26,247 bases of DNA, taken from positions 1 to 26,247 of IMG/VR virus record IMGVR_UViG_3300034071_001139, one strand, 5' to 3'. Within the stretch, counting starts at the first letter, position 1. Each line of letters opens with the position of its first letter. The DNA comes from a virus (taxonomy: Duplodnaviria > Caudoviricetes). The position numbers and the translations under genes are program-made. The notes under the pieces were generated by a model. The model was not told the origin of the DNA. It saw only the letters and a list, made by a program, of their open reading frames with translations, and ran no database searches. This document shows, piece by piece, positions 1 through 7,585 of the stretch.

Positions 1-451
1 CACACGTTGTTATGTCTACCTTTTTATTGATATTTTTATATATATTAGATACTTTTGAGTATGTTTCTCTTGGTTGATCATACGTGTGAAATAATGTGAT
101 ATTTATCTTTTTAGGATAATAGTCTATATTATTAATAAAATCAATTACCCTTGAAGAATAATCATCATCCATGTCGTTACAATCTATAAAAACATCAAAC
201 GACAATCCAGACTCACGTTTGACCCTGCTTAAATCTGCGACACCGTTGTTCCAACTTGGTTTTCTATAGTAATTGCAGAAAGCATTGATAACATAAAATT
301 CTTTATCATTGTCATAGGCTTCTATGACCTTATCTTGGAATTTAACTATTCTATCAGCCAAGCAGCCAGTTTGCGTCTTACCATCATATGTGGCAAATAC
401 GCACTCTTTGCAACTAGTTTGTAGTGATCGGTCTGGTAGCTTTGATTTCAT
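1..451 (-). CDS. Hypothetical protein with Cys-rich N-terminus (3' partial, runs off window start)
   Basis: Not in the ORF track; translated by hand from ATG at 451: MKSKLPDRSLQTSCKECVFATYDGKTQTGCLADRIVKFQDKVIEAYDNDKEFYVINAFCNYYRKPSW... Open to position 1 and overlaps the end of the upstream gene. Confidence 0.85.
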   Translation of the reverse strand, partial: MKSKLPDRSLQTSCKECVFATYDGKTQTGCLADRIVKFQDKVIEAYDNDKEFYVINAFCNYYRKPSWNNGVADLSRVKRESGLSFDVFIDCNDMDDDYSSRVIDFINNIDYYPKKINITLFHTYDQPRETYSKVSNIYKNINKKVDITTC

Positions 452-842
452 AGTTATGCCCCTTCATAATAACTGACTCTATCTTCAAATTAAGTTGTGA
501 TAATATGCTCAAAATATCAGATACGCTATATACTCCGCGTTTGCTATAAATTAGATTATTATAGTCATTGGTGCTAACCTTTCCACTAATAACATCTTTA
601 CATAGCGATGATAGCTCTAATCCACCCACGATAATATTGCAACCAAATCTCATTTTTTGTGAAATTTTCTGGAAAAACTCAGCTAATAAATTTGCTGGTA
701 TGCTGTCCAGAGCATCTATTGCAACAATGGACTGAGCCGCGTTATCTGGAATTATTCCAAGGTCTATCTTTCCATACAAGATTGGAACAATTTGATGATC
801 TTGTAATACCTTATCTATATTTTCAGTAATATGTATTTTCAT
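414..842 (-). CDS. Hypothetical protein resembling a degenerate class I SAM methyltransferase fold
   Basis: IPDNAAQSIVAIDALDSIP...FFQKISQKMRFGCNIIV parallels the C-terminal half of type-11 methyltransferases (xPDNSxDxIxxxxxLEH...RVLKPGGxLxI). The glycine-rich SAM motif I is absent. ATGA overlap with the upstream GT. Confidence 0.45.
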   Translation of the reverse strand: MKIHITENIDKVLQDHQIVPILYGKIDLGIIPDNAAQSIVAIDALDSIPANLLAEFFQKISQKMRFGCNIIVGGLELSSLCKDVISGKVSTNDYNNLIYSKRGVYSVSDILSILSQLNLKIESVIMKGHNYEIKATRPITTN

Positions 843-1837
843 TTGGTTGACGCCTCATATGTAAAATCAAATAGTTGGTTCCAGTTATTAATAAAATCTT
901 GCTCTGAGAATTTCTCTAAAATAGTTCTTCTAGCATTATCTCCAAGCCTTTTTCTCAAATCATCATTTTCTATAATTAGTTTTAAGTATGATTTTAGCTC
1001 TTCTTCGTCATTAGAAATATATCCATTTTCCCCGTTTGTGATAATTTCTGGAATCATGCACGTTGCTGTTGAAACAACGGCACAGCCACACGACATAGCC
1101 TCAAGCAAAGAGGTTGGTATTGGGCTTAATGTAGAACTATTGAAATATACGCCGCACTGATTATATTCTTGAACTAGTTCGTCGGTTGACGAAGCCGATG
1201 TAGACAAACCCTTTGTGTCTCCTACTAATCTGGTTGGTAAGCCATCAGTGACCCGTTTCCATCCAGAATAATTAAGACAGTAATCTCTATTTACAAAGTC
1301 ATTTGCTACAGTAAGAACATAGCTTGACTTTGGAGAATCTAGCGGTTTAAAAACATTTGTATCTATTCCATGATGAATTACCACTATGTTACGATCAACA
1401 TCCCAAGCTTTCATTGAATACTCAGAAATAAAAATGTTGATATCCCCCAACATGCGCTGCATAGAAGATATATTTTCTTTAGATAAAGTCTGAGGAGTTG
1501 GCAAAGTATGCTCTAGGCATAAAATTGGTAAATGTAAATGTTGATTAATTTGCTGTGCTACTTGAAACTGCCAGAATTTACTCTGCACCAATATCATGTC
1601 GTAATCAATATAGTCACACATATTTTCTTCTGGCAAGATGTAATAATTGGGCGGTGTCGGTAGTTGACTACTATTCCATTTCTTAAACTGTGGCATGTGA
1701 AAAGAATAAAAATTGTGGCCAGTTTTAGCTAACTGAGTTTCATATCGCTCATGCGTTGGAAAAGTGAGTATATTGTACTTTTCTGGCTTTGGCTTGTTGG
1801 CTATATTAATTAATCTTTTAACAGAGTTATTAAGCAT
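839..1837 (-). CDS. Glycosyltransferase, GT-B fold, family 4-like
   Basis: VIHHGIDTNVFKP and SPIPTSLLEAMSCGCAVVST...PEIITNGENGY motifs. Start placed at ATG 1837 because of an AAGGA RBS 8 nt upstream; 1846 is an alternative. Confidence 0.9.
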   Translation of the reverse strand: MLNNSVKRLINIANKPKPEKYNILTFPTHERYETQLAKTGHNFYSFHMPQFKKWNSSQLPTPPNYYILPEENMCDYIDYDMILVQSKFWQFQVAQQINQHLHLPILCLEHTLPTPQTLSKENISSMQRMLGDINIFISEYSMKAWDVDRNIVVIHHGIDTNVFKPLDSPKSSYVLTVANDFVNRDYCLNYSGWKRVTDGLPTRLVGDTKGLSTSASSTDELVQEYNQCGVYFNSSTLSPIPTSLLEAMSCGCAVVSTATCMIPEIITNGENGYISNDEEELKSYLKLIIENDDLRKRLGDNARRTILEKFSEQDFINNWNQLFDFTYEASTK

Positions 1838-2951
1838 ATATGGCATCCTTTATTAAATTACCAACGCTCTCATAACAAAACTTTTGTGCATATTTAATAC
1901 CAGCGGTTCTGTCTATAGAGTCTCTATTTTCATAGTAATACCTCATAGCTTTTTTCATTTCAGACTCGCTTGGGGTAAACCATTCTTCTCTGCCTGTAAA
2001 AATGTCTGAAAAAGCTGGATCAGAATGGTCGCATACAGAATATACTCCATTTATTAAGCTTCCAGTATTCTTGTCCTGTTCGTTGATAAATTCCTTTGGA
2101 CCGCCCTCATTACTGCATATGGGCGTTTTCCCAAAACACATAGCATCAAAAGCTGGTATTGACCACCCCTCTCCATGAGAAGCATTAATAAAGCAATCAC
2201 AGGAAGAATGTAATATATCTATTTCTTCGTTACTAAGTTCGCCGGGAACAATAATTTCCCTATTATACATAGAGACATCATCGTATATTCTTAGTTGTTT
2301 CTTTATCATGTTGCATAAATTAATAACGTGCTTATTTAGATCAACGTCATTTATGCCAAACTTCTTGACTTTTAATACTAGTGTCACAGGCTCAAAATTA
2401 TCAAATTCGCTATAAAAGCAACGAATGATTGATTCTATATTTTTTCTATCATTTAGATCACCAACATAATAGAACTTAAACTTATAGTTATCGTTCATAA
2501 AATTAATTTTACGATCAATAGTCTTATACTTTTCTAGGTTAAAAGCATATGGTATAACCTTAATCTTATTTTCATTTATCCCGTCGTTGGTCAATGCTAA
2601 TTTAAGACTATGATTTGGCACCCATACTTCGTCTACTAATTTAAGGTATATAAGCCAACTAGAATATCTTAATGTATTAGATTCGCCAACAAAGTATGCT
2701 ATATTTTTTTTAAATTTTTGTGTCCCAACTATGTGGTGCGGAAGGACATTCTGTATGCAACAGTCTATATTCTTCAAGTCTTTATTTTCTAACTCTAGAA
2801 TGGTTTTGTCAATTGGGCCACTGTGGTTAGTAAGTTTTATATTTCTACAAACTATGTCTAAACCGACACTATTAGCAGCTAAAATAGAGTTAGTGGTTGC
2901 TTGTGACCACCCACTACCTTCTTTATAATGTCCTATAAATAATGTTTTCAT
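1830..2951 (-). CDS. Glycosyltransferase, GT-B fold, family 4-like
   Basis: DEVWVPN, RKNI and SHGEGWSIPAFDAMCFGKTPI motifs. Start placed at ATG 2951 (ATGA overlap with upstream stop) rather than 2984. Confidence 0.9.
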   Translation of the reverse strand: MKTLFIGHYKEGSGWSQATTNSILAANSVGLDIVCRNIKLTNHSGPIDKTILELENKDLKNIDCCIQNVLPHHIVGTQKFKKNIAYFVGESNTLRYSSWLIYLKLVDEVWVPNHSLKLALTNDGINENKIKVIPYAFNLEKYKTIDRKINFMNDNYKFKFYYVGDLNDRKNIESIIRCFYSEFDNFEPVTLVLKVKKFGINDVDLNKHVINLCNMIKKQLRIYDDVSMYNREIIVPGELSNEEIDILHSSCDCFINASHGEGWSIPAFDAMCFGKTPICSNEGGPKEFINEQDKNTGSLINGVYSVCDHSDPAFSDIFTGREEWFTPSESEMKKAMRYYYENRDSIDRTAGIKYAQKFCYESVGNLIKDAIYA

Positions 2952-4603
2952 TTCTTCACAGCCTGCATTCTTTGTTGTTCCCAAAAATTTCTTCTATTAC
3001 ATAGGCCAGCCATATGATTATAGGCCATAGTAAAATCAAACGGTGTTCTACTTTGCTTACCATCGAACGCTGCGGAGCTTTCATTGAAATACATTCCTCC
3101 GGTGCTGGAAGTTGTGCATTTGTACATTAAGTCTCTTGTTAGCCTTGCTTCCATATAAGAGTTAATCTTATCCGGTTCGCACAATACGTCTGTTATTAAC
3201 CATCTAGCTAATATTTGATGAGATACATTCTCTGGTAAATCTGTCGGCTTTGGCTTTGGGTTAAATATTCTTGGTGGAGACTTCCATCCCAAATGATCTG
3301 GAACAATTTCTACACTATCGAAATAGTTCTCCCAAGCCTTACCGCTTTTATCCCACTGGTAATGCTCTAAAAAGGCTTGTCTAGTATCAAAGCCCATTTT
3401 ATTTCTTATGCTCTCTGGCTTATTAAAAAATTCTAGCAATTTTTGCGCTGCCAATTCATTGTCTGGAACTGCTCTGAAGCATCCAGTTTCTAATTCTTTA
3501 TATAAGGCTTTTGGTTTGATTGGTATGCCTTTTAGATTTCTTACAACGCTTTCCATTGCAGAGTAGTCTGTTGACATTACTGGAACACCACAAGCAGCCG
3601 CTTCTACTTGAGGTAATCCGAAGCCCTCGCAATTAGCATATTGTACATATATATCAAACAGGTTGATTATTTTAGATAAATCTTCGTAATCTACACCATG
3701 CTTAACATTAGAAAGAGTTGCACCATATTTTCCAGTATAAGGAGATTGAGCCACGGCACCCTTAAACAAAGACACAAATGGCTTATTTGTTTGTGGACAT
3801 ATGTATGTAAATAATAACTTGGATGATAGATCGTGCTGATGTAGTAATTCTGGAATGTCCCATCCCAAGTCTGGATAGCTAGTATGACAATAGAGCATAT
3901 ATTTAGAGCTATCTTCTACGGAGTTCAGAAACATTCTAAATGCTTCAAATAGGTCTGGATATAGCTTTCTTCTTTGGTTTCTCATTACCGTTCCAACTAT
4001 TTTCATGTCGGGATCAATACCAAAGCTAGAACGTAAAGCTTTTTTATCCATAGGTCTATATGCTGGATGTGCTGATGGTGGGGAAATTCCTAAATAATTA
4101 ATAGTTCCACCAGATTGTTCTTTTAATACTTCCCCAGCCCATTCTGAGTATGTCAAACAAGCATCTGCCGACTTATATGTTGCTATCCACTGTCTCGCTT
4201 GTGGCTGTGCGTCTACCGTTGGCATGATGCACCATTTATAGAATGGTCGAAATGGTGATCTTTCAGCAAAATCTAACATCCAAAAATCTCGTATGTCGCA
4301 AACAATATCTGGGAAAAAGTCTAGACAAACCGACTCAAACATCAGTTCTCCAAACTGCGCCGTTGGATTGTTAGCGTACTGAGCCTTTTCTTCTTCTGGA
4401 GCGTTATCTGAAGGAACTACGCCGTAAAACTTCCAAGGAATATTAGCGGCCCGTTTATCATTTCTTTCGCCATAAGCCGCCATTTCTGCAAGCTCATATT
4501 TACCAGTACTATGGAGATAATTTAGAATTTCTCTAGTATAGGTAGCGTAACCAGTATTTAGAAAAGTAGCCTCGCTACAGAATAAAATCCTTTTTTTTCT
4601 CAT
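2948..4603 (-). CDS. Glycosyltransferase, GT-B fold, family 4-like, with C-terminal extension
   Basis: N-terminal TGYATYT, VGTVMRNQRRKLYP and EGFGLPQVEAAACGVPV (EX7E) motifs. More than 100 extra residues follow the GT-B core. Confidence 0.92.
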   Translation of the reverse strand: MRKKRILFCSEATFLNTGYATYTREILNYLHSTGKYELAEMAAYGERNDKRAANIPWKFYGVVPSDNAPEEEKAQYANNPTAQFGELMFESVCLDFFPDIVCDIRDFWMLDFAERSPFRPFYKWCIMPTVDAQPQARQWIATYKSADACLTYSEWAGEVLKEQSGGTINYLGISPPSAHPAYRPMDKKALRSSFGIDPDMKIVGTVMRNQRRKLYPDLFEAFRMFLNSVEDSSKYMLYCHTSYPDLGWDIPELLHQHDLSSKLLFTYICPQTNKPFVSLFKGAVAQSPYTGKYGATLSNVKHGVDYEDLSKIINLFDIYVQYANCEGFGLPQVEAAACGVPVMSTDYSAMESVVRNLKGIPIKPKALYKELETGCFRAVPDNELAAQKLLEFFNKPESIRNKMGFDTRQAFLEHYQWDKSGKAWENYFDSVEIVPDHLGWKSPPRIFNPKPKPTDLPENVSHQILARWLITDVLCEPDKINSYMEARLTRDLMYKCTTSSTGGMYFNESSAAFDGKQSRTPFDFTMAYNHMAGLCNRRNFWEQQRMQAVKK

Positions 4604-4605
4604 AA

Positions 4606-4917
4606 TTAATCTTCAAAGTCTTGATGGCAAAAATCAAATTCATTAATACGAAACACTATACTTCTATTATCTTTAGACAGATTTTTAGCAGAAGCATGTA
4701 CGTTAAGCTTTGTGCCTTTTGTGGCATATTTTTCTAGAGTCTCAGCACCGGTATGCCAAGCCTCGCAGTTGAGATATGTGGGAATTCTATTCTTCTCGCC
4801 ACTTTTAGTTTTTCTATACGTATAAACAACCATAACAAATTCGGCTTTGATAACATCGCCAACTTCGGTTATTCTAGGGTTTTCTACCAAATAACCGGTA
4901 AAAGAACATATATTCAT
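4606..4917 (-). CDS. ssb: Single-stranded DNA-binding protein (minimal OB fold)
   Basis: MNICSFTGYLVENP...YLNCEAWHTGAETLEKYATKGTKLNV matches the SSB pattern. Strong AAGGAG RBS and a short acidic end (DFED). Confidence 0.85.
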   Translation of the reverse strand: MNICSFTGYLVENPRITEVGDVIKAEFVMVVYTYRKTKSGEKNRIPTYLNCEAWHTGAETLEKYATKGTKLNVHASAKNLSKDNRSIVFRINEFDFCHQDFED

Positions 4918-4933
4918 TCTAGTCTCCTTGATC

Positions 4934-4945
4934 CTAATATATTAG
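4934..4945. promoter_or_regulatory. 12-bp perfect palindrome CTAATATATTAG upstream of the ssb RBS (possible operator or -10 region)
   Basis: Read directly in one of the few intergenic gaps. It overlaps TGcTAATAT on the minus strand. Function is inferred only. Confidence 0.35.
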
Positions 4946-4970
4946 CAGTAACAAACCAAAAAAACACAAA

Positions 4971-6530
4971 CTAAATTTCATGTATCTGATTGATAACAAA
5001 AGAATTATCATGTTCGGCAACTGAGCCACAAAAGATTAAATTATTACCTTCATATAGAATATACTTATATTTCTCTTTTACTTTTGGAAAGGCTATGACG
5101 CTATCTAGTATGCAAGTGTCATCCTCAATTGTTAAAAATGACATAAGTTGCCCCTTAGATTCTCCCTTTGTAATCTTATAATCGGCCACTCTCTGTACGT
5201 TAGCGACAACGCATAAATCTTTGCCCCTTTTACCATTTATTATTTCTTTACAGGTGGTGTTGGCCGCAGAAGTATCCGCTGTTTCTACCTTTGTCATGCT
5301 CACCGGACAACCCAAAAACTTTACTTCTTGGTCTATTAACCAGCTTGGCTCGTCCTCTAGGTCATACGGTGGGTTAATTAAAAGCTGAATTTCATTCTCT
5401 ATTGCTTGTTTTCTATCAGCTTTACTTGTGCCGCCACCCTCTTTTTTCGTTGGGGCTAAGTCTGTTAAGCACTCTACAAATGTTTTCCACTTTTTGTCTG
5501 AGTACTTTTCTTTGATCCAAGTTTGTTCAGCTTTGGTTAAAACTCTATATATATCGTAATCATATAAAGCCTTATTTCTTGTGATCTTATCTTCAAAATC
5601 TCTAAAAAATCCAACTGATGCTAATGCCTTAAATGCTGTCGAGCTAATCTTTGGGCTTAGATATAGTAATATCTCTAGCCAGTTAAACTTTGTGATGGGC
5701 TTAGATAGTTCAGCTTCTGCTTCTTTAATGGATTCTATTAGCTTGTCGCCCGTCTTGCCCGTCAATGACTTTATATCTTTAATCCCAAAGTAGATTTTAC
5801 CCTTAGTAAAATTGAATTTACTAGCATAGTTTGCCAGTGAAGGGGTCTTGACTTGTATATCGAATAGTTTAGCTTCTGAGATTAATTCGTATGTTTCTCT
5901 CTGTGGGTCTTGTTTTTCTATAGCATGATACAAATATGATAAGAAAAACTCTTGAGTATGGTGGGCTTTATAATATGCGCTCCAATAAGAACATACTGCG
6001 TATGATACGCTATGAGATTTATTGAAGGCATAACGTGATGACTTTTCAATCCATCCGAATATTTGTTCTGCCTCTTCCTTTGTGACTATGTTGACCTTCT
6101 GTGCGCCCTCTATAAATGATTTTTTAACTTCATTCATAAGTGCAGCATTTTTCTTACCAATGGCTTTACGAAGAACGTCAGCCTCTTGAAGATTAAAACC
6201 CGCAATCTTTTGAGCAATACGCATAGATTGCTCTTGATATACAAGAATTCCATATGTAGGCTTTAAGATTTCTTCTAATGACTCATGTAAATAAGTTACT
6301 TCTTCACGACCATGTTTTCTGTCAACATAGTGCTGTGTCATGCTCTTACCATCTACGAAAGCCTTGAGCGTTCCCGGTCTAATGATAGCAATTAAAGCTG
6401 ACAATTCTTCTAGATTTGTTGGTGCTAATTTTTTAGACCAAGACTTACCAAGATTACTTTCTAACTGAAAGATACCCTTTGTTTTGCCTTCTGCAAATAA
6501 CTGCCAAGTTTTTTGATCGTTATATTCCAT
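4971..6530 (-). CDS. dnaE: DNA polymerase III alpha (DnaE-like), C-terminal half (fingers, HhH region, OB fold)
   Basis: TKGIFQLES, IRPG, DRKHGREEVTY, TYGILVYQEQ, ADVLRKAIGKK, YAFNKSHSVSY and the OB-fold MSFLTIEDDT motifs. No intein sequence at the N-terminus. Confidence 0.95.
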   Translation of the reverse strand: MEYNDQKTWQLFAEGKTKGIFQLESNLGKSWSKKLAPTNLEELSALIAIIRPGTLKAFVDGKSMTQHYVDRKHGREEVTYLHESLEEILKPTYGILVYQEQSMRIAQKIAGFNLQEADVLRKAIGKKNAALMNEVKKSFIEGAQKVNIVTKEEAEQIFGWIEKSSRYAFNKSHSVSYAVCSYWSAYYKAHHTQEFFLSYLYHAIEKQDPQRETYELISEAKLFDIQVKTPSLANYASKFNFTKGKIYFGIKDIKSLTGKTGDKLIESIKEAEAELSKPITKFNWLEILLYLSPKISSTAFKALASVGFFRDFEDKITRNKALYDYDIYRVLTKAEQTWIKEKYSDKKWKTFVECLTDLAPTKKEGGGTSKADRKQAIENEIQLLINPPYDLEDEPSWLIDQEVKFLGCPVSMTKVETADTSAANTTCKEIINGKRGKDLCVVANVQRVADYKITKGESKGQLMSFLTIEDDTCILDSVIAFPKVKEKYKYILYEGNNLIFCGSVAEHDNSFVINQIHEI

Positions 6531-6915
6531 ATTTAATGCTTGATACTATTTTATTAAGTGATGATATGAATAAATCTTTGCTGGCTGCCCCTCTACCAAG
6601 ATTTGCAAATCTAGAAGAAATTACAATATTTTCTTTTGTATAGCCAATAGTGTTGTCAATTCTGTCACAACTAATAGCTAAAGGATGCCAGCTAATCAAA
6701 TTGTCTGAAAGATTTAAGTCTATATTTAACCAATAACATTTTCCGTTTTGTTTATAATATTGATCTTTCAAATCTTTCCAGTCTATACTAACTTCTAATG
6801 CATGTTTTCTACCTCTGCTATATGATGTTGTACTTCTTATTATAGTTTCTCTAGAACTAACCTTTATTCTAGACATAAGAGATTTAAATACTTTGGTTTC
6901 AACATCATTTGACAT
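6520..6915 (-). CDS. HNH / His-Me finger-like endonuclease (putative free-standing homing endonuclease)
   Basis: KQNGKCYW...ISCDRIDNTIGYTKENIVISSRFAN fits the SxDRIDxxxGYxxxN...N phage nuclease family. Start placed at ATG 6915 (track starts at 6945). Zn cysteines are partly lost, so activity is uncertain. Confidence 0.7.
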   Translation of the reverse strand: MSNDVETKVFKSLMSRIKVSSRETIIRSTTSYSRGRKHALEVSIDWKDLKDQYYKQNGKCYWLNIDLNLSDNLISWHPLAISCDRIDNTIGYTKENIVISSRFANLGRGAASKDLFISSLNKIVSSIKYGI

Positions 6916-7585
6916 ATAAATTTCCATTGGCAAAAGCCTTGTCAAAGGTAATATTCTGATATACTGACCTGTGTGTTTTTAGTAATTTGATAAAGATATT
7001 AGCAGAATCTTTAACGTCTTGTAGAGCATCGTGTGCATTTTCTTTGCTTAGACCCATTCGTTCTCTTAGTGAGTCCATACTTATAGACTTGATACTTGGA
7101 TCACCCTCTGTCCACGCAAACACATTGTCCATAATATCTATTTTATATACTTTACTAAATAGTTTTTGCTGTTCTCGTTCACTGTCCCAAGGCCCAAATT
7201 CCTTACACAGTCTATTTATAATATGCATATCGAACCCAATAATATTAAAACCAACTGGGATGGGTGCAAAGAATGGTTCTCCCTTCCAATTATACTGATC
7301 TACAAACTTGGTGAATTTATTCCATACCGATTTTAATGACGGTGCCAGCTCTAGCTTTTCTCTTGTTTTACCGGTTATCCTCAAGGCTTCATCTTGAATT
7401 GGATCAAGGCCCGCCGCAATGGCCTTTTCGTCATCCAAGATTGGCTTAATTTCACTATTGAATGTTCCCTTAAGGGTTAAGCTTCGACCATCTAATGCTA
7501 TAGCGGCGATTTGCGTTGGCTGTGTCTTATGTGGATTACGTGATCCTGTCTCCCAATCAAAAATTATATAGTCCCTGTTAGCCAT
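6905..7585 (-). CDS. dnaQ: DEDDh 3'-5' exonuclease (DnaQ / epsilon-like proofreading subunit)
   Basis: ExoI DWETG, ExoII GFNIIGFD and ExoIII HDALQD motifs. TAAGGA RBS 8 nt upstream. Confidence 0.92.
   Translation of the reverse strand: MANRDYIIFDWETGSRNPHKTQPTQIAAIALDGRSLTLKGTFNSEIKPILDDEKAIAAGLDPIQDEALRITGKTREKLELAPSLKSVWNKFTKFVDQYNWKGEPFFAPIPVGFNIIGFDMHIINRLCKEFGPWDSEREQQKLFSKVYKIDIMDNVFAWTEGDPSIKSISMDSLRERMGLSKENAHDALQDVKDSANIFIKLLKTHRSVYQNITFDKAFANGNLYVK

Noticed and set aside
6531-7585. Group I/II intron or intein explaining the dnaE break
   Set aside because: The interval is completely filled by overlapping ORFs, and there are no C1, TxxH or HN intein motifs at the ends of the halves.
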